Below the pieces are notes generated by a model that saw only the letters and a program-made list of their open reading frames with translations, did no database searches and was not told where the DNA came from. Source: Candidatus Heimdallarchaeota archaeon (lineage in GTDB: Archaea > Asgardarchaeota > Heimdallarchaeia > Heimdallarchaeales > Heimdallarchaeaceae). From it: a stretch of 24,171 nucleotides of DNA. Made by a program: the position numbers and the translations under genes. Where the stretch lies: assembly GCA_016840095.1 (NCBI GenBank), contig JAEOSZ010000057.1, positions 1-24,171 on the forward strand, given 5' to 3'. Of the stretch, positions 1 through 9,763 are shown in pieces. The number at the start of each line of letters is the position of its first letter. The first letter of the stretch is position 1.

Positions 1-1389
1 ATCTCTACCTATCAATATCTTACTCTTCTCAAAGATGGAAGGAATAAATAATAGAAATGCAGCTATAATTGCTACAATTGAAGAGGAAAATTGTGGAAAT
101 AAAAATCTCTTAATTGTACCTTCTAGGAACCAAAGAATCAAAGCAAGTACGAAGACTGAAAGCACATAAATCTGTTTCTTGTTAAGATGACCCATGTTAT
201 CTAATTCTTTCTTAACTGCAGTTTTTGCGTTTGTAATACTGTCCTTTGGAACTTTTGGTTTATAAACCACCCACAGATACAACCATACTAATGGTAACAT
301 AAGAAAGACAACTGGTAATCCAAACGAAAACCATTGAATAAAAGTAATATGAACATCTGCATATTGACTTAATAGAGCAATAGCTATAGGATTTGCAGGA
401 GTTCCGATAGCTGATCCAATTCCTCCGATTGAAGCACTATATGCGATACCAAGTATGAGTGCTTTACTGTATCTATCTATTTTCTCTTCATCTATTTCTT
501 TGTTTACTTTTAATTTATCAGTAACTGCGACAGCTATTGGTATCATAGTTGCTGCTGTTGCAGTATTACTCATAAACATGGAGAGAACAGCTGTTACAAC
601 CATCATTAAAAGCATTAAAATTCTAGGATTGTCTGGACTTATTCTTACAATATTAAGAGAGATCCATTTATCTAGATCTGTTTTATTCATTGCTTTTGAT
701 ATAATAAATCCACCCAGAAACAGAAAAATTACTGGTTCTGCAAAAGGTGCGAGTAATCCTTTAGCAGGCAAAGTTAGAGCTAAGACACCAAAGATTGGAA
801 TCATTAAACTAGTGGCGACAAGAGGGATAGATTCCATAACCCATAGAATACCAACCATAAAGAGCAAGGATAAAACAATATTCGATTTATATGGCAGTCT
901 TATTCTGAATACAAGCCAATCTTGTTCTCTATAGTCTTTTTCTGATGATGAAGCAGGTAGAGTTAGATTAAGTCCACCTTTTACTCCACTAGAAATATCT
1001 ACACTGAAATTACCAATTGTAGGTGAAGGATTAGTTACAGTATTATTATTTATATCAGAAACAGTTGCTCTGATTACAAGTTGTTTGTTATATCCAACTT
1101 GAACTTTCGGAGAATATGCAATTCTCAAAGTTAGATTATCGCCAAGATCATATAGTTCTGTTACATCTGGAAAATCTGTTCCATTATGAAGGTAAAAAGT
1201 AAAATTAACATCCATGTTATACTGATGTGTCCCATTATCATAGAAACAATGAAGTGTAGCATCATGCAGAGCTTCGTTTTTTGTTCCAGCAACAGTTCCT
1301 CTTACTGAGGTCATAGAGATAGTTATAGCAGTAACTAGTAAAACAACAGTTATACCAATTTTGATTAATTCTTGCCTCTTAATTTCCAT
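1..1389 (-). CDS. DASS/SLC13 family sodium-coupled anion (dicarboxylate/citrate/sulfate) symporter with an extra N-terminal extracellular domain; 3' end outside the window
   Basis: Manual translation: ATG at 1389 preceded by AGGTGGG, frame open to base 1 (463 codons). Motifs LWVMESIPLVATSL, FAEPVIFLFLGGF, LSMFMSNTATAATMIPIA (SNT motif) and GIAYSASIGGIGSAIGTPAN are typical of DASS transporters. Confidence 0.93.
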   Translation of the reverse strand, partial: MEIKRQELIKIGITVVLLVTAITISMTSVRGTVAGTKNEALHDATLHCFYDNGTHQYNMDVNFTFYLHNGTDFPDVTELYDLGDNLTLRIAYSPKVQVGYNKQLVIRATVSDINNNTVTNPSPTIGNFSVDISSGVKGGLNLTLPASSSEKDYREQDWLVFRIRLPYKSNIVLSLLFMVGILWVMESIPLVATSLMIPIFGVLALTLPAKGLLAPFAEPVIFLFLGGFIISKAMNKTDLDKWISLNIVRISPDNPRILMLLMMVVTAVLSMFMSNTATAATMIPIAVAVTDKLKVNKEIDEEKIDRYSKALILGIAYSASIGGIGSAIGTPANPIAIALLSQYADVHITFIQWFSFGLPVVFLMLPLVWLYLWVVYKPKVPKDSITNAKTAVKKELDNMGHLNKKQIYVLSVFVLALILWFLEGTIKRFLFPQFSSSIVAIIAAFLLFIPSIFEKSKILIGRD

Positions 1390-1401
1390 CTTATTCCCAC
1401 C

Positions 1402-2292
1402 TCAATAGAACTCCTTGGTAATAATGTCAATTTGTTCTTTTGTCAGATCTAATGAATCATGTGCTGGAATACAACCTTGATTCAGGGAGAAATCTCTTTC
1501 TTCATAGGTAGTCTTGTTTTCAATTTGATAGAATATTCCTATGGGTAATTTATCTTTAACAAATCGTTGATTAGATAAATCTAAAGCTGCAAAATAATCC
1601 TCTTTGTCATGATCAGTATCTTCAAGTTTGAATACTCTTTCTCGGAAGTAATTGAAGGTTTGATTCTTGTTGAAAGTTATACAAGGACTAAAAACATCTA
1701 CATATGCAAAACCACGATGATCAATTGCTTCTTTAATTATATACGAAAGATGCTTCAAATCACCAGAAAATCCTCTAGCCACAAAAGTAGCTCCTGCAGA
1801 AATTGCTAAAGCGAGAGGATTGATAGGGTTTTCAATAGAACCTCGAGGAGTTGTTCGTGTGATAGTTCCAACAGGAGTTGTTGCACTAGCTTGGCCTGTT
1901 GTAAGTCCGTAAACAAAATTATTAGATACAATTGTAATAATATCCACATTACGTCTACATGCGTGTAAGAAGTGGTTTCCGCCTATTCCATATATGTCTC
2001 CATCTCCTCCATAGACCAAAACTGTTAGTTTAGGATTAGCTAGTCTTATTCCTGTAGCATTTGGAATTCCTCTCCCGTGCACAGTTTGAAGACCATAAAC
2101 CTTCAAGAAATTTGGCATGTGAGAAGAGCATCCTATCCCACTTACAAGCACTACTTCTTCTTGTGGTATTTCTAGATCTATTAATGCTTGCCTAATTGCT
2201 CTCCATTGAGAAAAATTCCCGCATCCAGGACACCATGTTGGGAAAAAACTACTCTCATAATCTTTAATTGTTAGATTGAACTCTTCACTCAT
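1402..2292 (-). CDS. korB: 2-oxoacid:ferredoxin oxidoreductase beta subunit (TPP-binding)
   Basis: PTWCPGCG, SGIGCS, HGR, GGDGD...NN TPP motif, YGLTTGQ, SPCITFN; start overlaps the alpha-subunit stop (ATGA). Confidence 0.95.
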   Translation of the reverse strand: MSEEFNLTIKDYESSFFPTWCPGCGNFSQWRAIRQALIDLEIPQEEVVLVSGIGCSSHMPNFLKVYGLQTVHGRGIPNATGIRLANPKLTVLVYGGDGDIYGIGGNHFLHACRRNVDIITIVSNNFVYGLTTGQASATTPVGTITRTTPRGSIENPINPLALAISAGATFVARGFSGDLKHLSYIIKEAIDHRGFAYVDVFSPCITFNKNQTFNYFRERVFKLEDTDHDKEDYFAALDLSNQRFVKDKLPIGIFYQIENKTTYEERDFSLNQGCIPAHDSLDLTKEQIDIITKEFY

Positions 2293-4034
2293 TTTTCTAA
2301 CACCTCTTTTACTTTAGCCACAATCTGTGACGTCACTATTGGTTCTCCATCCCATCTCAACAATGAGTGCTTTATATTCACTCCTGTTTTCATTCTAACA
2401 TAATCTCTAAGCTGACCTGTAAAATTCTGTTCTACACATAAAGTTGACTGTGCATTTTGAAGAATCTTAGATACAGATTCAGTATGGAATGGATTAAGAT
2501 ACTTAAGATGAAGCTGATTTGCCTTTATACCGTTTTCATTAAGATGTAACATTGCTTCTTGAACTATGTTTTTTGTTGAACCCCAAGATACTATTGTAAT
2601 GTCGGCTTGTTCAGGTCCTTCTAATATAGGCTCATCCAACTCATCAATCAGATAATCTAATTTTTTCATTCTTTTTTCTACCATTTTAACTCGAATTGGA
2701 AGTGTATCTGGTAAACCTGCTAATGTGGAAGCAAGTGATGTTCCTTCCTCATTTCTTTCACTTGAACCAGTGAAAAACATTCCACCTTTTGTTCCAGGTA
2801 TAGTTCTTGGAGAGACACCTGTTTCTGTAAATTGATACCGTTTGAATTCTTTTGGTGGATCATCAAGAATAGCAAACCTTTTGTTTTTTCTTTCTAATTC
2901 AAGTTTTCTAACAGTAGAAAATGATTCAGATAAATACAAATCCATTAAAACAATAACAACAACTTGATATTTTTCTGCAATTTCTAAAGCTTCTATTCCA
3001 ACATTAAAAGAATCTTCTACATCAGATGGAGCAATTATAACTTTGGGAAACTCACCTTGACTAGCACCATAAACTTGAAACAAATCTGCTTGTTCTGTTT
3101 TAGTAGCCATTCCAGTAGATGGACCAGCTCTTTGAGAATTAATAACAACCAAAGGAATTTCTTCAATACCAGCCATACCTATGATTTCGGTCATCAAACT
3201 GAAACCTCCTCCAGAAGTTCCTGTTGCTGCTCTTGCACCACAATAAGCTGCCCCTACAGCCATTCCTACAGCTGCAATTTCATCTTCTGTTTGTTTAACA
3301 ATGATTCCTAGCTTAGGAAGGTGCTTAGTTAAATAATGAACTATAGATGTAGCTGGTGTCATTGGATATCCAGAATAAAACTTCAAACCAGCAGATAACA
3401 ATCCCAAAGCAAGAGCTTCATTTCCAGAAACAATCATCTGTTGAGCTTTCTCGTGTTTATGTTTCTCCCATATTTCAGGCCAATTGTTATCTTCTGCAAA
3501 TTTTATACCTTTTTCCAAAGCTTCAAAATTAGTAAATACTACTTCTTCTCCCTTATTACCGAATTGTTCAAAGATAACTTCTTTGATTAAAGTTTCTTCT
3601 AATCCTAGAATCTGACTTATTGCTCCAAAACCTACAATGTTTTTCAATACTTTAAGTTTAGAGATTTCTTTAGTAATTGATGCTAATGGAATAGGAAGTT
3701 TTCTTATCTCATCTGGATAATCTAAATCGTCTATATCAAAGGAATCATTATCATAAATTACCTTAGCATTGGACCCTGTAAACGCCTTGTGAAGTTCAGC
3801 TACATTCTTATTCAATAGAAAAATAACATCAGCTTCTTCTCCTACTGATAATACTTTTTTTGTACAAGCTCGAATCTGGTATGTGTTGTATCCACCTCTG
3901 ATTACAGATTGATAACTTCGAAAGCCTAAAACATTGAAATTGTGCTTCTTAAGAATTTTACTAAAGAGAATTCCCATTGAGACAAGTCCATCTCCAGCAC
4001 TTCCTACAAACCTTATTATTACATCTTTTTTCAT
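2289..4034 (-). CDS. korA: 2-oxoacid:ferredoxin oxidoreductase alpha subunit (gamma-alpha fused type)
   Basis: N-terminal GSAGDG...YQSVIRGG gamma-like domain, then GNEALALG, YSGYPMTP, QTEDEIAA, TSGGGFSLMTE, QRAGPSTGMATKTEQAD. ATG at 4034 preferred over TTG at 4037. Substrate specificity cannot be read from the sequence. Confidence 0.95.
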   Translation of the reverse strand: MKKDVIIRFVGSAGDGLVSMGILFSKILKKHNFNVLGFRSYQSVIRGGYNTYQIRACTKKVLSVGEEADVIFLLNKNVAELHKAFTGSNAKVIYDNDSFDIDDLDYPDEIRKLPIPLASITKEISKLKVLKNIVGFGAISQILGLEETLIKEVIFEQFGNKGEEVVFTNFEALEKGIKFAEDNNWPEIWEKHKHEKAQQMIVSGNEALALGLLSAGLKFYSGYPMTPATSIVHYLTKHLPKLGIIVKQTEDEIAAVGMAVGAAYCGARAATGTSGGGFSLMTEIIGMAGIEEIPLVVINSQRAGPSTGMATKTEQADLFQVYGASQGEFPKVIIAPSDVEDSFNVGIEALEIAEKYQVVVIVLMDLYLSESFSTVRKLELERKNKRFAILDDPPKEFKRYQFTETGVSPRTIPGTKGGMFFTGSSERNEEGTSLASTLAGLPDTLPIRVKMVEKRMKKLDYLIDELDEPILEGPEQADITIVSWGSTKNIVQEAMLHLNENGIKANQLHLKYLNPFHTESVSKILQNAQSTLCVEQNFTGQLRDYVRMKTGVNIKHSLLRWDGEPIVTSQIVAKVKEVLEK

Positions 4035-4110
4035 CAAAGATTCCTCGAGAGTCTAGACGTTATCAGCTCATGAAGTAACCGGCTTATAAAATGTTGCGAA
4101 TGACCATATT

Positions 4111-5157
4111 TTAAGCCATCCACCAAACAAGTAAAGCAATTTCACCTGGAAGGAAAATTAATGCTATAAGTGTCAATAATGCAATTGATCGGCTAGTTAA
4201 AATTTCATCCAAATTGAAATATTTTGAATAAGCTGTATTAGCAACAGCTGGAGGAGCTAAACTTTGAATTATCATAGCAACTTTCATTCCTATTGGTATA
4301 GGTAAGAAGATGACAATAATAACAACCAAAACTCCTCCTCCAAAACGAGCAAAACTATTTCTGAATAACGCAACCTCTTTCCATTCATTCTTCTTTGGTA
4401 ACTTAAAACTTAGACCTACTAAAGCTAACATTATTACCATTGATACATCTTGAAAAATAGTTACTGCAATATGATCTCCTAGAGATACTTGACCTACAAA
4501 GATCTTATTTACTATTTCAGGATTGGAGATGTGATAGGAGACATAATCTATCAAATGATGACCAATGTTTATTTGACCTATTGAAAATCTTAGAACTAGA
4601 CCAATGAACATACCAATTGTAGGTGGGAAAAGAAGCATACCTTTGACTACTTTCCAGATTGATTTGTTCACAGTTGAGCCATAATGTAATCCTAGGTAAA
4701 CTCCTAAAGTATTTCTATAGAAAGTTTGTACTATCAAATAAATTGAAGCTGCTAGTAAACCTTCTGCTAGCATATCTCCAGAAAGAATCCCGATTATAAT
4801 TGGAAAAGGATAGAATAATGCATTCATGAAACCAGTTGTATTGATTTCTGCACCTTTAGTTTGACTCGGTAAATCCTTCTTTCTCACCATTAACCAATCA
4901 ATTAACATAGAAAAAGCCATTCCAAGGGTCGTAACTAGAGCAATAAACCACCAATTAAGACTAGTTAACGAACCTGTATCCATATCTAGAAAAATTATAA
5001 TAAGCAATGCTGGAGATAGAATATTTATACCAGCAAAAAGTAACCATTTTCCTATCTTTTCAGACTTAGGTACACGCTGTAGTAAGAATCCTCCAAATAT
5101 ACCAGCATATATTATTGCTACTCTGATTGCAAGTTCTGCTAGATAGTGGAGTGCCAT
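4111..5157 (-). CDS. AEC (auxin efflux carrier / malate permease) family transporter
   Basis: About 10 hydrophobic segments in two halves; NILSPALL, GFMNALFYPFPI, FPPTIGMFIGL and APPAVANT resemble AEC crossover motifs. Confidence 0.75.
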   Translation of the reverse strand: MALHYLAELAIRVAIIYAGIFGGFLLQRVPKSEKIGKWLLFAGINILSPALLIIIFLDMDTGSLTSLNWWFIALVTTLGMAFSMLIDWLMVRKKDLPSQTKGAEINTTGFMNALFYPFPIIIGILSGDMLAEGLLAASIYLIVQTFYRNTLGVYLGLHYGSTVNKSIWKVVKGMLLFPPTIGMFIGLVLRFSIGQINIGHHLIDYVSYHISNPEIVNKIFVGQVSLGDHIAVTIFQDVSMVIMLALVGLSFKLPKKNEWKEVALFRNSFARFGGGVLVVIIVIFLPIPIGMKVAMIIQSLAPPAVANTAYSKYFNLDEILTSRSIALLTLIALIFLPGEIALLVWWMA

Positions 5158-5180
5158 TGAATGGAAGAAAATGAATCCAA

Positions 5181-5194
5181 TTAATAAACCTTTT
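5181..5194 (-). promoter_or_regulatory. Putative archaeal BRE/TATA promoter of the AEC gene
   Basis: Minus strand AAAAGG-TTTATTAA, TATA element 24-31 nt upstream of the ATG at 5157. Confidence 0.55.
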
Positions 5195-5229
5195 ATTTGT
5201 ACGGAAAAAGAGAAGAGAATAGGAGTAGA

Positions 5230-7161
5230 TTAATCCAACATCTTATTCAAGTTCTTAAGAATTAATTTGTAAAGAGGATACTTTTTCTCTTCAGAGATAT
5301 CTTTAGTAAGTAATAGTTCACTCAGATTCTGACTACCCTGAGCAATTAATGTAGGTGCTGTGGTTTCTATTAATGGATAACCCTTTATTTTGAAACCTGT
5401 TAGTATAGTATTGTGCCTTAAACAGATTTTTACTAAACTGTCACATTCCTCATTGCTTTTCAGTGTGATTGTTTCAGTTGGATTAAGCCAACTAAAGTCT
5501 CCAGATTTTCCTATTGTTGTCATCCAGAGTAATAAGGATAGGCCAAACAATAAAGAACTGTTACCCATCACTATGTAGCTGTTAATGAAATCTAACAATT
5601 TTGCAAGAGAGTTCAAAATTTCTGGATCATTTTCAAAGAGTTGAACTGATAGTAAGAAATCTTTCTGAAATTCGCTGAGTTTCTTCTTGTGTTTAGTCTC
5701 GATTTTCAGATATTTGTCTCTTTTGTCTTTTATTTCTTCAAAATTAACATCTACCATTCCCAATTCATCAATAATGAGGGTGTATTCTTTCTTCTTCACA
5801 GGAGCAACTTTTAATTCTTTGATATACTCTGCAAGCTTTTCAATAATCTGCTTTTGCTTTGCTTCAACATCTTCATCAGTAACCTCAGGTGGTTCTTGTC
5901 CAGGCGTTCCTCCTTGCATAAGCAATTGTGATTGTTTAACCCATGATAAACCGTCTTTAAGAACTTCAGGAGTTAAAATCTTCTCCAAAGTCTTTGCAAG
6001 TAGATATTTCTTATCTTTGAGTTTCTTAGCTTTTGAACTAATGATTGCCAAAATAAATGTCAAAGCATTTGGAATGATATTGTAAGGATCCATCTGTGAA
6101 TTTCCTTTCATAGCTTGGAAACTCAAATCTTGATCTATCCATTCTATTAACCCACCAGCTATCATTGAGAAAAGAGGGTTAAAGTTTGTAAAGAAAGGCA
6201 TTGAAGCATAGATATTAGCCATTGAAAGGAAGATATCTTGATAATCAAAACTTGTAATTTGTTTATATTTCTTAAATGAAATTTCATGTTCATCGAACAA
6301 GAATTGCATTGAAAAGTAGTACAGAATATGTTTATTCAAAGTAACTTTAGAGAAATCTTCTGCCTCATAATCTGTTCCTTGTTGAAGAGCTGTCAAAACC
6401 TCTGGATTGGAGAATATCTCAATTCTCTCAGCATCTTCTACTACACCCTTAATATCTTCTTGATCTTCTGGATACAATGATTCTAGTATTTGAAAAACCC
6501 AGTGGATCATGAAATTATAGAGATAAGGAGATTTTCTGAGAACTTTTCTCCATTTGAACCACTTAACTATGTTTTCGGAATAAACTGTTTGCATTTTTTC
6601 AAGGTCCTCATCAGTTACTTCTCTTGTTGAATATCTGAGAGGATAAATAGAAACAGGTTTAGCATCCTTAAATAAGAAACTGTCTATATCTTTAATTAGA
6701 GTACCAAAAATCAATTCAAAATCCATTATGGCAAATCGTGTTATAACTTTAGATTCTTTATAATAATCTGCATAACTTGCACCCCTCTTGAAGTAAATTG
6801 ATTTGAGAATTTTCTCATATATAGGTTGAAAAAGTGCTTTTCCTTCCTCATTTAAACCTTCAAGTACTTCTTCTTTATTAGAAATTTGTGTGATATAATA
6901 TTCTATTAGAAAAGCTCCATAAGTTGAAGCTGTTAATTCAGGGTGTGATAGATAAAATTCAAGAGATTTTGTTGCTTCCTTAGTGTTCGTCTTAATTTTA
7001 GTCAAATCGATATCTTCTGGTAAATCGATTGGTTGTTTCTGTCTGTCTTTTGGTAGGAGATACTTTCCACCTTTTTCAAAGACTAATGCTCTTTTTTTTA
7101 ATAATAAACCAAAGGTTACCTCAGATTTTTGTAAGGTTCCTTTGAATAAAACTTCGTCCAT
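5230..7161 (-). CDS. Hypothetical protein, 643 aa, apparently soluble and helical, with a 27-aa internal repeat
   Basis: Long ORF, upstream GCGAGGA SD-like sequence, no family motif recognised. Confidence 0.85.
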   Translation of the reverse strand: MDEVLFKGTLQKSEVTFGLLLKKRALVFEKGGKYLLPKDRQKQPIDLPEDIDLTKIKTNTKEATKSLEFYLSHPELTASTYGAFLIEYYITQISNKEEVLEGLNEEGKALFQPIYEKILKSIYFKRGASYADYYKESKVITRFAIMDFELIFGTLIKDIDSFLFKDAKPVSIYPLRYSTREVTDEDLEKMQTVYSENIVKWFKWRKVLRKSPYLYNFMIHWVFQILESLYPEDQEDIKGVVEDAERIEIFSNPEVLTALQQGTDYEAEDFSKVTLNKHILYYFSMQFLFDEHEISFKKYKQITSFDYQDIFLSMANIYASMPFFTNFNPLFSMIAGGLIEWIDQDLSFQAMKGNSQMDPYNIIPNALTFILAIISSKAKKLKDKKYLLAKTLEKILTPEVLKDGLSWVKQSQLLMQGGTPGQEPPEVTDEDVEAKQKQIIEKLAEYIKELKVAPVKKKEYTLIIDELGMVDVNFEEIKDKRDKYLKIETKHKKKLSEFQKDFLLSVQLFENDPEILNSLAKLLDFINSYIVMGNSSLLFGLSLLLWMTTIGKSGDFSWLNPTETITLKSNEECDSLVKICLRHNTILTGFKIKGYPLIETTAPTLIAQGSQNLSELLLTKDISEEKKYPLYKLILKNLNKMLD

Positions 7162-7262
7162 TTATATTCCTCGCTTAACTCTCTCTACAGTAATCGGCTA
7201 ATAAATCTTTATTTTTGAGATATAGAAAGTATTAAAGAATAACTCTATTATCTTCAAATTAT

Positions 7263-7766
7263 ATGAATAAGGAGAAAACACTAGAATTCTTGAAAGAGGA
7301 GCATGCTAAGTTAGATTTTATAATCAATTCTCTTAATCAAGAAGAGCTTGTTCAATATCATATCGTTAAAGCTTGGACAATAAAAGATATCCTAGCTCAT
7401 TTAGCTGCTTGGAATAAGGAACTAACAAAATCCATTGGATTAGTACTTGAAAAGAAAGATGTTTGGTTTAGAACCAAAAATGAAGAGGAATTCAATAAGA
7501 TTCAAGTTGTTCTAAGAAAACCAAGAAGTGTAATAGAAATACTTGACGAATGGGAAAATTCATTCACTAAAATGATTGAAAAAATCGAAAGCCTTTCTGA
7601 AGAAGAATGGAACTTCAGTTCAGAATTCAAATGGAAGGATGGTCATTATGTGACAGTAAAATCTCTTTTTGGATATAGAAAGAGAGAATATGGTCATGAA
7701 GGATGGCATGCATTTCAAATCGAAGACTATTTTGAGAGTGATAGATGCACTTGTAGAGTCTATTGA
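7263..7766 (+). CDS. DinB superfamily four-helix-bundle protein (ClbS/DfsB/DUF1706-like)
   Basis: WTIKDILAHLAAW motif and C-terminal HEGWH supply the three His typical of DinB-like metal sites. Confidence 0.8.
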   Translation: MNKEKTLEFLKEEHAKLDFIINSLNQEELVQYHIVKAWTIKDILAHLAAWNKELTKSIGLVLEKKDVWFRTKNEEEFNKIQVVLRKPRSVIEILDEWENSFTKMIEKIESLSEEEWNFSSEFKWKDGHYVTVKSLFGYRKREYGHEGWHAFQIEDYFESDRCTCRVY

Positions 7767-7817
7767 ACATGTAACATACTCAATGTTTAAATTTTGAGTT
7801 TAGTTTGGATTTCAGCG

Positions 7818-9113
7818 ATGATTCTAGAAAAATATCTATCACAAAAAGGTAAGTTTTTGGAAGATAATGTAGACTTATCTGCAGGCACAATAGCTTGGGG
7901 ATTAAGAGCCAAAAAACGAACCAAAGAGAACAAGGATTTTATCAATGCTACAATTGGAACAGCAACTGAAGATGATGGAAAACTAATGGTTTTGCCTACT
8001 CTTTATGAAGAACTTCGACAATTGTCAGGAGATCAACTTTTAGCTTATGCAAATATGAGAGGGCAATTTGATTTTGTTCAAGCTTGGAAAAGAGATACAC
8101 TCAAAACTTATCCTGCTGAATTAAGAAACAGAACTGAGGAATTATCAACTCTCCCAGTAACAGCATGTGGGGGATTAACAGGAGGATTAGCTGCTATGGG
8201 GCAAATTTTCTTTAATCAGGGAGATAAATTCCTTGCTCCAAACTCAAGATGGGGTAATGTAGATAATGTCTTTTTTAAGAATCAACAACTAACAGAAGTT
8301 CCGTATAAGCTTGTTGACCATGAAGGAAATCTTTCTCTCGCAGATTTGAATGAAAAATTAAACAATAGTCAAAAAACAGAGAAGAAGATTGGAGTTTATC
8401 TTAACTTTCCAAACAATCCATCAGGAATAAGTCCAACCCTAAGTCAAGTTAAGGAGCTACAAGAAACATTAGAAGAAATGACAATTCCAACAGTTCTATT
8501 ACTAGACGACGCATATGAGAATTATTGTTATGAAGATAATGTGGTTGATCATTCTATTTTCCCATATTTAGTTGGTTTAAACGAAAATATACTAGTAGTT
8601 AAAATCGATGGAGCTTCAAAGAGATATTGTGCTTATGGTGCAAGACTAGGAACTATGACAGTGGGATTTGGTTTGGAAAAAGGTGAAGAAGAAAAGACTC
8701 AAGTTAGAGAATTAATTACTAAAGCTGTAAGAACTAATACTTCAAGCGCCCCTAGAGGAATACAAGAAGCTTTAACCAATGTTTTAGTTGACGATAAAAA
8801 GAATGATCAAATTCAGAAAGAAAAAGCAAGAAATCTCAGCATTCTTTCTAAAAGATATAAATTAATCAAAAAACTTGGAGAAGAACAATCTAGTAGTATA
8901 CTTGAACCTGTAAAGTTCAACTCAGGATTTTTTAGTTACTATATAATAAAAAGTCAACAATCTGCTATTGATATATCAACAAAACTTATGGAAAATGGAC
9001 TAGGAACTGTTCCATTTGTAAACACATCTAATGGATTAAATGGAATAAGAGTAGCTTTTTGTTCAATAAAAGAAGAGAGAATAGAACGAGCTGTAGATTT
9101 GCTTTATTCTTAA
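7818..9113 (+). CDS. PLP-dependent aminotransferase, class I/II
   Basis: NATIGTA, LNFPNNPSG, LDDAY, DGASK (PLP lysine), YGARLG, IRVAF. ATG at 7818 preferred because a TTTAAAT box lies at 7786-7792, too close to the TTG at 7794. Confidence 0.9.
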   Translation: MILEKYLSQKGKFLEDNVDLSAGTIAWGLRAKKRTKENKDFINATIGTATEDDGKLMVLPTLYEELRQLSGDQLLAYANMRGQFDFVQAWKRDTLKTYPAELRNRTEELSTLPVTACGGLTGGLAAMGQIFFNQGDKFLAPNSRWGNVDNVFFKNQQLTEVPYKLVDHEGNLSLADLNEKLNNSQKTEKKIGVYLNFPNNPSGISPTLSQVKELQETLEEMTIPTVLLLDDAYENYCYEDNVVDHSIFPYLVGLNENILVVKIDGASKRYCAYGARLGTMTVGFGLEKGEEEKTQVRELITKAVRTNTSSAPRGIQEALTNVLVDDKKNDQIQKEKARNLSILSKRYKLIKKLGEEQSSSILEPVKFNSGFFSYYIIKSQQSAIDISTKLMENGLGTVPFVNTSNGLNGIRVAFCSIKEERIERAVDLLYS

Positions 9114-9131
9114 TTCTTTTTTCATATCTCA

Positions 9132-9147
9132 GAAAAAGTTTATTTAC
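9132..9147 (+). promoter_or_regulatory. Putative archaeal BRE/TATA promoter
   Basis: GAAAAAG-TTTATTTAC about 30 nt upstream of the ATG at 9169, directly after a T-rich tract following the aminotransferase stop. Confidence 0.5.
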
Positions 9148-9168
9148 TCAGTTGAAATATTATTTATT

Positions 9169-9717
9169 ATGTCGTCTATGATTGAATTACCTAAATGGTT
9201 GAGGTTTTTTAACATCTCAGCAGGGATAGTTATAGTAATTCTAGCAATAATTAGTCTCATTTTTATTAGCGGAAATTTTCAAACATTGATTATTGTTCTA
9301 GCAATTGCTTTAATAGTAATAGGAGTTTTTCGCATTTTAAATGGGATTTTTCTCCAATATATTGAATGGTACTCAAGAGCACTTAAAATATCAATTGGTA
9401 TACTAGTCTTACCGTTAGCAATAGCAATTTTGGCACTTTCAAATATATTTACTGCAAATATTGTATCTCTACTAGCAATTGCATTAATTCTTAGCAGCAT
9501 TGCTAGAATAAATGTTAGTAGTGCGTTACTTGAGTATCCAGACTGGTACAAGGTTCTCACAATAGTTATCGGAATAGTTTCAATTGTTACAGCAGGGATA
9601 GTTCTACTATTTCAATCAATTGCTGATTATACATTAGTTGCTTTGCTCGCAATAACATTCTTTTTCATTGGAACAGGATGGATTTATGCTGGAATAAAGG
9701 AAATTGAAGAAGCATAA
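9169..9717 (+). CDS. DUF308/HdeD-like six-TM membrane protein
   Basis: Three repeated helical hairpins (LIVIGVFRI, ILSSIARI, FFIGTGWI); size and pattern match HdeD-like proteins. Confidence 0.7.
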   Translation: MSSMIELPKWLRFFNISAGIVIVILAIISLIFISGNFQTLIIVLAIALIVIGVFRILNGIFLQYIEWYSRALKISIGILVLPLAIAILALSNIFTANIVSLLAIALILSSIARINVSSALLEYPDWYKVLTIVIGIVSIVTAGIVLLFQSIADYTLVALLAITFFFIGTGWIYAGIKEIEEA

Positions 9718-9763
9718 GAGAGATTATCATTATTAATAAACTAAAAGAATAATTGTGAAACTC

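Noticed and set aside
455-934. 159-aa plus-strand ORF
   Set aside because: Antisense shadow of the DASS gene, which has clear family motifs on the minus strand.
7743-7766. C-terminal CTCRVY of the DinB-like protein as a CaaX prenylation signal
   Set aside because: CRVY is a poor CaaX match and nothing in the window supports prenylation.
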